Positions 30,013 through 39,974 of a DNA stretch of 64,000 nt are shown here, piece by piece. The DNA comes from a virus. The position numbers and the translations under genes are program-made. Below the pieces are notes generated by a model, which was given only the letters and a program-made list of their open reading frames with translations, did not search any database and was not told where the DNA came from. Position 1 is the first letter of the stretch; each line of letters begins with the position of its first letter. The stretch covers positions 6,438-70,437 of the IMG/VR virus record IMGVR_UViG_3300028283_000002. One strand, 5' to 3'.

Positions 30013-30536
30013 AATTTTGCGATTTCTTTTAGGAAAAATTCTTTAATTTTTATTGAATTATCAGTCATCTCTGGGTGTCCTTGAAAAGCAAGAATGGGTT
30101 TAGATTTGTGTCGCATAAAGGTAAGAATATTATTCTTTACTTCACCGACAAAGTTTTCTGGGATTTTATCAAAGTAATAAGAATGGTTATAAAACATATT
30201 ATAATCACCATTAACAAAATGAAAGCCTTCGTTTAATTTTCTGTTGTAATTATTTGGAAATTTATTGTATATTAAAGTTTCGTCATAAACAAGACAAAGA
30301 ATTTGAAGACCTAAACAAACTCCAAGTATAGGTTTATTAGTAATTTTCAACCACTCTTTTTCTTCTTTTATGTTATCACCAGTAATATCAATTGGTCCAC
30401 CTGAAAGAACGATATAGTCGTAAGTCTCACATCTCTCAGCGTTAAAATTAGCGTAGTTCATCACGTCACAACCTTTAAAAAGTTGGATGAGTCTACCAAT
30501 GTATTTCGTGTTGTGGTTTATAATAAGTCCTGCCAT
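30009..30536 (-). CDS. Class I glutamine amidotransferase (stand-alone)
   Basis: IVLSGGP, PILGVCLGLQ (catalytic Cys), HSY, FQGHPE. Confidence 0.9.
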   Translation of the reverse strand: MAGLIINHNTKYIGRLIQLFKGCDVMNYANFNAERCETYDYIVLSGGPIDITGDNIKEEKEWLKITNKPILGVCLGLQILCLVYDETLIYNKFPNNYNRKLNEGFHFVNGDYNMFYNHSYYFDKIPENFVGEVKNNILTFMRHKSKPILAFQGHPEMTDNSIKIKEFFLKEIAKL

Positions 30537-30537
30537 A

Positions 30538-30897
30538 TTAAAAATAAATTATTTCTTCTGGAAAATATTGAATCAATGTTGAGTACAAATAAGCTCTACA
30601 TTGTCCTTCGCCTTTATTATTAGTCAAATATATTGTTCCATTTTTTACCAAATCAAATTCTTCTTGTGAGAACTCAATATCATTACTTGATTTATGTGCT
30701 ACAAAAGTACCTTTAAATGGATCATCTAATAATGTCGAATCATCTTTATTGATTACCCAGTACCTATGTCCTTTATACGAATACATATCTGTATAAGCGT
30801 ACTTCACTATTTTCAAATAAGGATCAATTTTCATTTCTTCATCTGTAAATTGACCTTTTGAGTACCATCTAACTCTCGTTGAAGCCGCCTGTTTCAC
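30538..30897 (-). CDS. Hypothetical protein with VRWY N-terminal motif
   Basis: TRVRWYSKGQF. Confidence 0.6.
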   Translation of the reverse strand: MKQAASTRVRWYSKGQFTDEEMKIDPYLKIVKYAYTDMYSYKGHRYWVINKDDSTLLDDPFKGTFVAHKSSNDIEFSQEEFDLVKNGTIYLTNNKGEGQCRAYLYSTLIQYFPEEIIYF

Positions 30898-31253
30898 TGG
30901 TAGAATTCTATTTTATCTTCTTCTAAAAACTTTTTTAAATCTGAATACTTCCATTTATATTCATTATGATGGCAAGTTATCCAAACGTTATTCAATTTTA
31001 TATTGATAATATCTTTATGTGTTAAAGGTTCAAATCTTTTCAGATATACATTATATCCAAATGTAATAGGATCAGTTTTACTTAAAGAATTAACTATATC
31101 AATAGTTTCACCGTTTATAACACCTATAAAAAATCTATGCCTTTCAAAAGAACGAGGATCAAAACTTCTGACTTTTACGATAGTGAATACACCAATAGCA
31201 TCAGAATTTTCATCTGGAACTAATTTACCGTGTTCATACCATTTTATTGCCAT
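30894..31253 (-). CDS. Hypothetical protein with IKWY N-terminal motif
   Basis: MAIKWYEHGKLVPDE. Confidence 0.6.
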   Translation of the reverse strand: MAIKWYEHGKLVPDENSDAIGVFTIVKVRSFDPRSFERHRFFIGVINGETIDIVNSLSKTDPITFGYNVYLKRFEPLTHKDIINIKLNNVWITCHHNEYKWKYSDLKKFLEEDKIEFYQ

Positions 31254-31460
31254 TTACTCCCAATATTTTTCACTCAACTGTTGTAATTCACCAACATTCA
31301 ATTCTTTATCAGTTATAATAAATCCATAAGTATCAGTTCCTTCTGTTTGTGGATCTTCGTAAATGAAAAGACCAAAGTGTTCAATAGCTTTTTCAAAACC
31401 ATTTATTAAACCGTTCATGTCTTTCCAGTCCGCATATACAAATTTAACGTTTTTTTCCAT
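31254..31460 (-). CDS. Hypothetical protein
   Basis: 68-aa ORF in operon. Confidence 0.5.
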   Translation of the reverse strand: MEKNVKFVYADWKDMNGLINGFEKAIEHFGLFIYEDPQTEGTDTYGFIITDKELNVGELQQLSEKYWE

Positions 31461-31462
31461 AA

Positions 31463-32137
31463 TTAAACATTTTTTATTAAAATAGTTTTTATAATATCAG
31501 ACACATCTTCAGCAGCGTCCGCACACTTTTCGAGAGTTTGGAATATGTCTTTATTCTTTATAATCTCGAGAAAATTTTCATCAGCCTTGTTCTCAAATAA
31601 AGCACTCATATAAGCGTAAAATATTCTATCTGCTTCGTTCTCAAGTGAATTGAGATTGATACAAGATTGTAAAATAAGTTCCTTATTTTTACCAGCGTCT
31701 CTTAAATGAAATACAGCAACTTCAACTTCTTCTGCCATTTTACCGATAACAGTAACAAAGTTTTTGAATTCTTCACTTATCTTTTTTGGTTTTGGTTTGT
31801 ACCATTGAATACGTTGACTAACAGCGTAAATGTAATCAAGTACGTCGTCCAAGTGTGAAGCTAAAGCGTGAACGTCCTCTCTATCGAAAGGAGTTAAGAA
31901 TGATACATTAAGTTGTTCATATACTTTATGTGTATAGTTGTCAGCTTCACTTTCGAGTTCTTTTATCTTATTAAAAATGGCTTCTCTTTCCTGATCTGTT
32001 TTTTGGTAGATTAGATCGTTTAAAAGCTTTGACGCTTCTAAAGTGCATCTGGCTTGGTTTTCGAATAGAGGAAAGAAAGATTCGTCTTTTGGCACGAAGA
32101 ATTTCAGTCCTGCGTTTATTTTATCAATTATACTCAT
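31463..32137 (-). CDS. DUF47/PhoU-like phosphate transport regulator
   Basis: LESEAD...FLTPFDREDVHALASHLDDVLD...LENEAD; adjacent to PiT. Confidence 0.9.
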   Translation of the reverse strand: MSIIDKINAGLKFFVPKDESFFPLFENQARCTLEASKLLNDLIYQKTDQEREAIFNKIKELESEADNYTHKVYEQLNVSFLTPFDREDVHALASHLDDVLDYIYAVSQRIQWYKPKPKKISEEFKNFVTVIGKMAEEVEVAVFHLRDAGKNKELILQSCINLNSLENEADRIFYAYMSALFENKADENFLEIIKNKDIFQTLEKCADAAEDVSDIIKTILIKNV

Positions 32138-32170
32138 ATATTTTTTTATTTTTTTAATTCTTTGTTGTTT

Positions 32171-33157
32171 TTACAATATTGCGTTTAATCCTAAATAAAT
32201 TAACATTCCTAATATAGCTGATATGGGTATGGTTAAAATCCAAGCCCACATAATCTTTGCTGTAACAGTCCATTTTACAGACTGTAAACCCTTTCTCAAC
32301 CCAGTTCCCATAATAGCTCCAGTAATTGTGTGAGTTGTGCTCACAGGAATACCTAATTCGGTTGCTCCAAACAATGTTAAAGCACCAGCGGTTTCTGCAC
32401 ATACTCCCTCAAAGGGTTTAAGTTTAGCAATTTTCTGTCCCATTGTTTTAATAATTCTCCAACCACCCATTATAGTGCCTAAAGAAATCGCAGCGTAACA
32501 AGAAAAAACTATCCACATAGCAATTGGATCAGCTTTAGTTGCGTGACCAGTAACAATCAAAGCTACCCATATAATACCCATAGACTTCTGAGCGTCATTA
32601 CCACCGTGGCCCAAACTAAATAAAGAAGCTGAAGCCAATTGTAATCTTCTAAACCATTTATCAGCTTTAGTATGTGGTACATTTTTAAAAGCGTTTAATA
32701 CCGCAACTGAAATAATATAAGATAATATCATACCTACAATTGGTGATATAAAAATGAAAGCCACAATCTTTAAAAATCCACTTAACACAATAGCACCAAA
32801 CCCCGCTTTAATTATAGTCGCACCAACTAATCCACCAACAAGAGTGTGAGAAGAACTAGATGGTAATCCAAGCCACCAAGTAACTAAATTCCAAATGATT
32901 GCTGCACCTAAAGCCGCAGCTATTACAGTCAAATTTATAACTTCTGCGTGTACAACACCTTTACCCATTGTTGTAGCAACATGTAAACTGAAAATCCACA
33001 CAGCAGCGAAGTTGAAAACAGCTGCCATCATAACAGCTTTAAATGGTGATAACACTTTTGTGGACACCACTGTTGCTATAGAGTTCGCTGAGTCGTGAAA
33101 ACCGTTAATGAAATCAAAAATCAGAACTAAAGCAATAACAATATAAAGAAATTCCAT
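32171..33157 (-). CDS. pit: PiT family inorganic phosphate transporter
   Basis: GFHDSANSIAT, GLPSSSSH, HGGNDAQK, GIPVSTTH signature motifs. Confidence 0.93.
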   Translation of the reverse strand: MEFLYIVIALVLIFDFINGFHDSANSIATVVSTKVLSPFKAVMMAAVFNFAAVWIFSLHVATTMGKGVVHAEVINLTVIAAALGAAIIWNLVTWWLGLPSSSSHTLVGGLVGATIIKAGFGAIVLSGFLKIVAFIFISPIVGMILSYIISVAVLNAFKNVPHTKADKWFRRLQLASASLFSLGHGGNDAQKSMGIIWVALIVTGHATKADPIAMWIVFSCYAAISLGTIMGGWRIIKTMGQKIAKLKPFEGVCAETAGALTLFGATELGIPVSTTHTITGAIMGTGLRKGLQSVKWTVTAKIMWAWILTIPISAILGMLIYLGLNAIL

Positions 33158-33160
33158 ATA

Positions 33161-33682
33161 TTACCTTAATTTAATTTTTAAACCCATTTTATCCCTCATG
33201 TATAAAACGGCTTCTGCGTTCCCCATAGCGTCATTCAACGGGTTGTGGTCGTGTTTAGTTTTCCTAATCTGTTTCCACCTTGATTGTGCGTCTTTAGTTA
33301 ACCCACAGTACAAGTCTCCAATTCTCCTTGAAGACCATCCAAATGGATTAGAGCCGTAATAAACGTGGAAATAATAATTCATCCAAGAAGCATCATATCC
33401 ATTATTATCAGATATGAGGATAGGAGGACCATCTGAATTTGCGGCCAACCAACCAGCACATTCTCTCATAACATTTTCTGGTTCATCAAAAGTCAAATGT
33501 TGATCTCTTGAAAAACCACTAATTGCTAATGCTTCCTGAATATAGAAATCTGATATGGGTTTAAGTTTCCCATAAAATGTTCTATCTAATTTTGGTTCTA
33601 TAAGAACTATACCAAAACAGACCATAGAGTTTTTCCCTATGATTGGACCGTCTGATTCTACGTCGATCGAGATGTATGACAT
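33161..33682 (-). CDS. DEDDh 3'-5' exonuclease (Rv2179c-like)
   Basis: IDVESDG, NNGYD, HNPLNDA. Confidence 0.8.
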   Translation of the reverse strand: MSYISIDVESDGPIIGKNSMVCFGIVLIEPKLDRTFYGKLKPISDFYIQEALAISGFSRDQHLTFDEPENVMRECAGWLAANSDGPPILISDNNGYDASWMNYYFHVYYGSNPFGWSSRRIGDLYCGLTKDAQSRWKQIRKTKHDHNPLNDAMGNAEAVLYMRDKMGLKIKLR

Positions 33683-33717
33683 ATTTAATTTTTTAAATTT
33701 ATTTACAAATATAGTTA

Positions 33718-34665
33718 TTATTTTTCATTGAAAAAATAATTTTCATTTAAATAATTTTTGAACTGAACTTCAATCATTATCCCTTTTTTATTATTAGCCC
33801 ATCTTGAACATATAGATAAGTTTTCTATTTTTCCTACATTTTTTGGATCTATATTATTAGAAAACCCGTAAAATACACTTATTTTATGATCTACTGATGG
33901 ATAATTTTCATTATTATAATCAAGATTCTTGTCTAATTTCATTTGGGTATAATAACATTTACCATCCCAAGCGCCAAAAAGTTTTTTCTTATGTTTTTTT
34001 GTTTCATTCCAAACTTTTCTGCTATAGATTTCGAAATCTGTTTTTAATTCCAGTGGTATCCATTCTTTCAATCTTTCTTTTAGAAGTCTATATTCTCTAC
34101 TAGTTGAATAATTGTATACTCCATATTTTTCAAAAATTGTTTGAGTTCTCTTATCTTTAAATTCTTTATATTTAGATGGATTGTCGACGTTATATTTTTT
34201 TAAACAAGTTTCTTTAACTCTATTTTTACATTCTTCCGTTTTTGTGTAATTATCTACACCATGATTTTTCAAACATGTAATCGTCTTTTGTAATTTTATT
34301 TGTTTGGATTTTGAGATGTTTGTGACTCCATAAATTTTTAAACATGTATTTTTTGCTGATTCTCTATTATTAAAATTTTCATCATCATATTTTAACTTTT
34401 TTGTAATTCTAGATTTATTTATTGTTAGTGGATCACTACAGCTGCAATCATAACTACAATGTTTAGAATATCCATTTTTAAATGAAATATATTTAGTTAA
34501 TTTTCCACAATATTCGCATATATCTTCATTTTGTTTTTTGAAATACTTATCGTAATATTCTTTAGATTTAATATTGTGTATTTTAGCTAGATGTAATCTA
34601 AAAAAAGATTGTTCTCCTTTCACGTTAAATTCACCGCCGCAAATTCTACATTCTGTTTTTATCAT
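33718..34665 (-). mobile_element. Putative HNH-type homing endonuclease with Zn fingers and KYGVxN repeats
   Basis: CRICG..HLAKIH, CEYCGK...CSYDC, repeated TCLKxYGVxN, C-terminal CYYT...SVDHKIS...N. Confidence 0.7.
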
Positions 34666-34740
34666 ATTTTCTTTTAATTTTATATATTAAAAGAAAATGA
34701 TGGTTTATTTCCAATTTTACTATATCAACAGACATAAAAC

Positions 34741-35157
34741 TTATTTTATTACGTCACCAACTTGATAATTAGCTAATGTAACATCATCAATGGTAACAAT
34801 TTTACCTTTTCTATCTTTTACTTTTATAACCTGACCATACCTTCCACCTTTACCGATAACTGTAACTGGTGATTTCAACCTCATTAAAGTTTTATCTATT
34901 GCTCTAAATGTTGGTCTAATCTCTGGAACTATAACAGTGCCAGGGATAACAGAACTTAAAGAATTATCTCTACAAGTATAGGTAATTCCGTTTCCATCTC
35001 TCACCTTATATACGCGATTTCCGTTAATGTTTGGAGCCGATCTCGAAACGAGAGTAACAGGCGGAGTTAATCTATTTACTGTATCATCAATTGTAATGTA
35101 TTTACTACAAGACGATAAAGTTAGCAACGCTACAAATAATACAAATAATTTTTTCAT
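34741..35157 (-). CDS. Lipoprotein with two repeated small beta domains
   Basis: MKKLFVLFVALLTLSSC lipobox; duplicated xPVTxxxx...KVxDxxG unit. Confidence 0.7.
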   Translation of the reverse strand: MKKLFVLFVALLTLSSCSKYITIDDTVNRLTPPVTLVSRSAPNINGNRVYKVRDGNGITYTCRDNSLSSVIPGTVIVPEIRPTFRAIDKTLMRLKSPVTVIGKGGRYGQVIKVKDRKGKIVTIDDVTLANYQVGDVIK

Positions 35158-35162
35158 GTTTT

Positions 35163-35755
35163 TTATTTATTAAATGATATCGTATCTTTTATCGAATAGG
35201 TTGGTTTAATTGAGTCCTCTATTTTAGCTCCCAATTTAGGAAGTTCAAGGTTGTGAGCAATTGTGTAGAAATAACCATTGTCTGTATAAATATTATCAAC
35301 TATCCACTTTTGGGATCTTTCCACCATAGCGTTATTAACACTATCACATACTAACTGAACAGCAGTTTGTTTATCACGATTGATTTTATCTTTAATAAGA
35401 AATACTGAAAGAAAGACAAATGCTACTCCACATATAGTCAATAAGATAATTGTAGCAATACATTTGAATCTCTGGTACATTGTTTTTGGGAAATACAATT
35501 GACTCATGCTAAAGCAAGTTTAAAAGGTGAATAATTAAAATTGAATAACCAAGAAAGAAGTCGCCTACTACCCTCATCGTCCTTTTTCTCTAAAGCATTT
35601 TCCATTCTTTCTACAATAATATCAAGTTTGAAATTATCACAGTAAAGATTGTAAACGTCTGAGATTTTAGATCTTAAAACAGCACACATGTTATCTTTCT
35701 TTGGTCTGATGTAAATACAATGATTACAGTTCTTTTTCTTGAAATCGCTCATCAT
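35163..35755 (-). CDS. Two small hypothetical genes (35163-35507 membrane-anchored; 35504-35755 Cys-rich)
   Basis: ORF track; TM helix; CxxC...C...C. Confidence 0.5.
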
Positions 35756-35793
35756 TTTCTACATAAATTATTTTTAGTTCGACACTATATATA

Positions 35794-35842
35794 AACAAAA
35801 ATCTTCTTACTTTTCAAATACAAAAGTAAGAAGATTTTTGTT
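35794..35842. terminator. Long bidirectional terminator hairpin
   Basis: About 21-bp perfect inverted repeat AACAAAAATCTTCTTACTTTT / AAAAGTAAGAAGATTTTTGTT with a 7-nt loop. Confidence 0.8.
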
Positions 35843-35863
35843 AAAATAAAAATAAAATTGGAA

Positions 35864-37312
35864 TTAACTCTTCAAATTGAAACTAAAATAGCTCCACTCT
35901 GGATGTTGTCCAAAAGAGTAAAAGTCAAAACTCAAATTAATACCAGATATATCATCATCTGAGTATTCAAAGTTAGTTAGTGTGTTCTTGTTTATTACCA
36001 AATTAATACCAACTTCACTTTCTTGGGGTGTTCTACCTATAATGACTGTATCACCAAGATCGTTATTAGCAACTAAATCGAAATTGAAACTGTCTAATGT
36101 TTTGTTATATTTGAAAGTTTTACCATCTTTTCTCCATTGACCACTTGATGCTTCAACTATAAGATCAATGTTTTTCTTTGATGCTAAAACGAATGTAGCT
36201 GGTCCTCTTCTATTTTTAACATGTATATAATTAGAAATCATCGATATTCTATTACATATTTTAGAGAATGAATCTTTAGTTCTAGTATCAGAAGATAAAT
36301 CAGCAACTAATTCTGATTTGAGATGAGTCTTCGAATCTTCAATATTCTTATCAGATAATTCATGTACCTTTTTAACAAATTCATCGTTTATAAAATCTTT
36401 TATTCCAATTTCAATTCTTTTATCAGCCAACGGTATAAATCTTTCTTTCATTCTACCCACAGCATTAAATAATTTAACTTCTATTGTAGGTGTAGATACA
36501 TTTACTAAATCATCTGGGAATTTATTTATTGGATCACTGGCGGCTACCGAATCCCCTTCATTTAATACAAAATCTAAATAAGCAGCGTTAAATTTATTAT
36601 CACTAATAGAATAAACACCATATAAACCAAGTTTTTGTAAATCTTTAGCGATTGGAGGCATATCATTCACCACTTGCTCTTTACTTTTTTCAATGATGGT
36701 TTTAGTTAGTTCCTTACCAACGTATTCGTTGCCAAAATTATTTACAAATTTATCTATACTGTTTTCGTAATATTTATCACCAGCCAGTTGTGTTCTCTTT
36801 GTTTCAATTTTCTTCCTAGATAATTCATCGTGATATTTTTGATCAAATACAAACTTATTTCCATCAAATTGATTCCATATATTCTTTTTTGCTATTTCAT
36901 CCATTTCTTCTAAAACTTGATCACCACTCATCATTGGTGATCTTCCCATTTTTTCATAATCGGGTATCTGATTGAAACAGGAAACAAAATCCTTACTCTT
37001 TTCTTTTGGTTTATTTAAAGAATCTAAAACACAATCTCTACCAGGACTATCTACGCAATTTTCTATTATCATTTTTCTCAGATCTTCAGCCAGGTAATCT
37101 TTATGTGGCTTCTCACCAGGTTTAACTGTTTTCTTACTTCTATCAGAATAATCAACTTCTGTTACACTACAATCTGGTTCTAACTGGTAACTTTTTACAC
37201 AAGAAGGGTTATTTTTCAATATTCTGGCTGTTAATTCATTCAACTCAGATATATCTTTCTTATACTGTTCAAAATTAGTCTCATCTATTTCGTAACTACT
37301 TACTTTTCCCAT
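35864..37312 (-). CDS. Protein with C-terminal T4 gp23/gp24-like capsid-fold segment
   Basis: RISMISNYIHVKNRRGPATFVLAS resembles the gp23 RRGxGNFxIxS motif. Confidence 0.5.
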   Translation of the reverse strand: MGKVSSYEIDETNFEQYKKDISELNELTARILKNNPSCVKSYQLEPDCSVTEVDYSDRSKKTVKPGEKPHKDYLAEDLRKMIIENCVDSPGRDCVLDSLNKPKEKSKDFVSCFNQIPDYEKMGRSPMMSGDQVLEEMDEIAKKNIWNQFDGNKFVFDQKYHDELSRKKIETKRTQLAGDKYYENSIDKFVNNFGNEYVGKELTKTIIEKSKEQVVNDMPPIAKDLQKLGLYGVYSISDNKFNAAYLDFVLNEGDSVAASDPINKFPDDLVNVSTPTIEVKLFNAVGRMKERFIPLADKRIEIGIKDFINDEFVKKVHELSDKNIEDSKTHLKSELVADLSSDTRTKDSFSKICNRISMISNYIHVKNRRGPATFVLASKKNIDLIVEASSGQWRKDGKTFKYNKTLDSFNFDLVANNDLGDTVIIGRTPQESEVGINLVINKNTLTNFEYSDDDISGINLSFDFYSFGQHPEWSYFSFNLKS

Positions 37313-37342
37313 AATCTTAATTTATTTTTACGTATATATAAA

Positions 37343-37376
37343 GAACATTATGTCATAAATGTTAAAAATGATATTT
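37343..37376 (-). promoter_or_regulatory. Duplicated upstream element (second copy about 38306-38348)
   Basis: Minus strand ATATCATTTTTAACATTTxTGACAT...TTCT..T(T/A)ATATATA precedes both genes. Confidence 0.55.
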
Positions 37377-37380
37377 ATTT

Positions 37381-38283
37381 TTAACCTAAGATGCCGTCAC
37401 CAATTATTTTTACACTTTTGACTTTTGAAAGAATATTACTACCTCCAAAATTTTTGAATATAGTGGCTGGATCTTCTGTTAATATAAACATAGGATCGCT
37501 ATCAACGAATTTAACTTTACATATTACTCTGTGTAAATTCCCTGTTGTTTCTTTAACCACTTTTTTCTCTTCCACTTTTTCTTTTGGTTGTTCAACTGGT
37601 TGTTCTTCTTTATTTTTTTTCTTTTTCTTATCAATAATTTCGATCATTAGGTTATCAAATTTGATAGGTTTTTCATTAATTCTATGTAATCCTATATTAA
37701 TTCCCAATCCAAAAGAACATTTATTACTTTCGATATATTCTTTGAATTTATTTATATCATTGTTAAAGAAAAATACTAAATTTTGTCTATTGAAACTAAA
37801 AACTGGAAAATCTTCTTTATCAAAGTATTCAAAAAATAAATCACAATCCCCTATGTTTATGTATATAGGTCTTCTTTTTTCACCCGACGATACTAACTTG
37901 TCTTTAAATAATCTTCTCTCTCTTTCGTCACTAGGTGCCAATTTTAAAAATATATTTGGATCTTCCTCATCTTCAATGTCTTCGTATTTCTTCGCTTGTG
38001 AAGTGAATGACTCAGCTTCTTTATTTAAGAAAAAATTGAAATTTTTCATTGCCTCGTTTAATGACGCTATGTCCTCTATTTTTTCTTTTAGATCTTTTTC
38101 TGTGTAAATTTTATCTGAGACTGGTTTTAAGTTTCTTAAATCTTCCAAAATAGATTTTTCATTATTGGATAAATCTCTTACTATCGTATTTTGAGATTCA
38201 AATTCTTTTAAAATCTCATCTGTGTCTTTTTCAATTTTATCAATTTTTGCTTCAACACTATTTGGTTTTACTCTCTTTTTCAT
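37381..38283 (-). CDS. Hypothetical protein
   Basis: 300-aa charged ORF; its upstream element is nearly identical to that of 35864..37312. Confidence 0.65.
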   Translation of the reverse strand: MKKRVKPNSVEAKIDKIEKDTDEILKEFESQNTIVRDLSNNEKSILEDLRNLKPVSDKIYTEKDLKEKIEDIASLNEAMKNFNFFLNKEAESFTSQAKKYEDIEDEEDPNIFLKLAPSDERERRLFKDKLVSSGEKRRPIYINIGDCDLFFEYFDKEDFPVFSFNRQNLVFFFNNDINKFKEYIESNKCSFGLGINIGLHRINEKPIKFDNLMIEIIDKKKKKNKEEQPVEQPKEKVEEKKVVKETTGNLHRVICKVKFVDSDPMFILTEDPATIFKNFGGSNILSKVKSVKIIGDGILG

Positions 38284-38366
38284 AATAATCTGATTATTTT
38301 TCTATTATATATTAATAGAAAAATGTCAAAAATGTTAAAAATGATATAGTTAATATTTAGGGCGTA

Positions 38367-38402
38367 AAAAAGTGCAGCAATCTGTGACCGCTAGCACTTT
38401 TG
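38367..38402 (-). terminator. Terminator-like hairpin after the 89-aa gene
   Basis: AAAAGTGC(T)AGC...GCT-GCACTTTT stem with a T6 tract. Confidence 0.6.
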
Positions 38403-38418
38403 TTTAGCGATGATACGC

Positions 38419-38688
38419 TTAGGCTTCAGTTATTGACGTAACTAATGCGTCATACCCGAAGTAGTTTGTCCAGTATGTTGTTCCTGATACGAGTTGATAA
38501 CAATTCATCAATCTTCCACCGTCGTTTGACCAGTGTCCAGCGTCTTGTGTATATGAAGCAGGTGTTCCATAACCTTTATCTGTGCAAAACTGAGTAACTG
38601 TAGCTTGGTCTGCTCTGAGTGGAAGGTCACTGAAATACCAACTTCCATATGAAGATGTGATTGTTAATCCTGTTGTAATTACTGACAT
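38419..38688 (-). CDS. Small Thr/Ser/Gly-rich, probably highly expressed or structural protein
   Basis: Elevated GC, biased codons (TTC, AAC, TAC), two Cys. Confidence 0.65.
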   Translation of the reverse strand: MSVITTGLTITSSYGSWYFSDLPLRADQATVTQFCTDKGYGTPASYTQDAGHWSNDGGRLMNCYQLVSGTTYWTNYFGYDALVTSITEA

Positions 38689-38773
38689 AATTTTATATTT
38701 TATTTTTTCATTGTATGGCTTACGTACAATTGGCTCAAGAAATGAGATTTATTCCGTCTCTGATTCGAAATAA

Positions 38774-39268
38774 TTATCTCTTCCAGTTCTTGAAGTTTTT
38801 AACTGTTTCCTGAACGCCTTCGCCTTCTTCGTCATCGATGATTTCATCACCATCCATGATTTCATCGTCGTCAATATCGTCAACGATTTCTTCGTCATCG
38901 TCATCTAGATCAACTTCTTCCCCTTCTTCGTCGCCTTCGAAACCATCAAAATAATCTTCGATGAATTCTTGTACTTCTTCTGGTTCTTCACCATCTTCGA
39001 TGATTTGATCAATCAAAGCTTTCAGTTGTTCTTGCCAATCTGAGTCTTCGATTCCATCACCTTCGTCTTCAACCTCTTCTATATCGTCATCGATAATTTC
39101 ATCATCTTCAATGATTTCATCGTCATCGAGAAGTTCGTCTTCGTCTTGAATATATTTCTTTTCAAGAACATCAACACCTATTTCTGTTCTTTTCGTTTTC
39201 TTTGGTTCTTTAGCTTTCCAGCTTTTATCAAAATCAGAGAAACTTAATAAATTTTGTACTTTTTCCAT
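38774..39268 (-). CDS. Extremely acidic protein with CTS-like N-terminus (core/scaffold-like or DNA mimic)
   Basis: LLSFSDFDKS; D/E-dominated body with DDEII repeats. Confidence 0.7.
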   Translation of the reverse strand: MEKVQNLLSFSDFDKSWKAKEPKKTKRTEIGVDVLEKKYIQDEDELLDDDEIIEDDEIIDDDIEEVEDEGDGIEDSDWQEQLKALIDQIIEDGEEPEEVQEFIEDYFDGFEGDEEGEEVDLDDDDEEIVDDIDDDEIMDGDEIIDDEEGEGVQETVKNFKNWKR

Positions 39269-39284
39269 TTTTATTTTTTTATTT

Positions 39285-39719
39285 TTATATTAACCCATAT
39301 GAATAGGCTAAAGCATTGATTTTTTCTTCATTTGGTATCTTAATACCATTAATGACTTCTTCTTTATCATCTGGATTCGACCAATCCAAATATCCGTTAT
39401 ATATTAATTCACATAAGTCTTTTTCTGGCATTTCTAAATATAATGATAAATTATATAAACTTGATATAGCTTGTTCGAATTTATAATCTCCATCTTTCTG
39501 TGGAAATGGTTGTGTTAACTCATTCACCTTATCTAAACAAACAGGTCTATCTGGTTTTGGTTTAGGTTTAGATGGTGGTCCTAATGGGCGTCCAGGTTTA
39601 CCAGGTCTTCCTGGTAATGGTCTTTGTGGTCCAATTCTTCTAGGCCCACCTATATTTCTAATACCCTCACTCTTCATTCCAGAAGCTACAAATTGATCGT
39701 ATGATTGTATGTTTCCCAT
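39285..39719 (-). CDS. Pro/Gly-rich protein with CTS-like N-terminus
   Basis: Likely start MGNIQSYDQFV behind AATATATA; the track's longer start is implausible. Confidence 0.6.
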   Translation of the reverse strand: MGNIQSYDQFVASGMKSEGIRNIGGPRRIGPQRPLPGRPGKPGRPLGPPSKPKPKPDRPVCLDKVNELTQPFPQKDGDYKFEQAISSLYNLSLYLEMPEKDLCELIYNGYLDWSNPDDKEEVINGIKIPNEEKINALAYSYGLI

Positions 39720-39830
39720 TAATAAGACACTATTTTTTATGTATATATTAAACTTTTTTTCTTGTTTTTTGCGGGCATAAAATGGAATAAAAAGACATTT
39801 TTGTTTTAATATATAAAAATAAAAGTTACA

Positions 39831-39974
39831 ATGGAAACAACGAAAAACATTAAAATATGTGAAGATATTCACAGAGAACTGAAAATATATTGTGCAATTA
39901 ATGGTTTTAAAATAAACGACTTCGTGGAAGAATTAATTTTAAAAAATATTAAAAAACATGAAGAAAGAAATTAA
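39831..39974 (+). CDS. Ribbon-helix-helix (Arc/ParG-like) protein, 47 aa
   Basis: Manual translation METTKNIKICEDIHRELKIYCAINGFKINDFVEELILKNIKKHEERN; AATATATA at 39808-39815. Confidence 0.7.
   Translation: METTKNIKICEDIHRELKIYCAINGFKINDFVEELILKNIKKHEERN

Noticed and set aside
37391-38107. Long plus-strand track ORFs (also 51482..51913, 54745..55293, 13916..14266 minus, 3804..4034, 10472..10741 and others)
   Set aside because: Antisense shadows of real genes, with Leu/Ser/Phe-rich composition typical of reverse-strand reading of AT-rich codons
38690-38775. Known riboswitch or tRNA in the structured leader
   Set aside because: No recognisable c-di-GMP, preQ1, fluoride or tRNA consensus by eye; I saw no tRNA genes anywhere in the window, but a tRNAscan/Infernal run is needed
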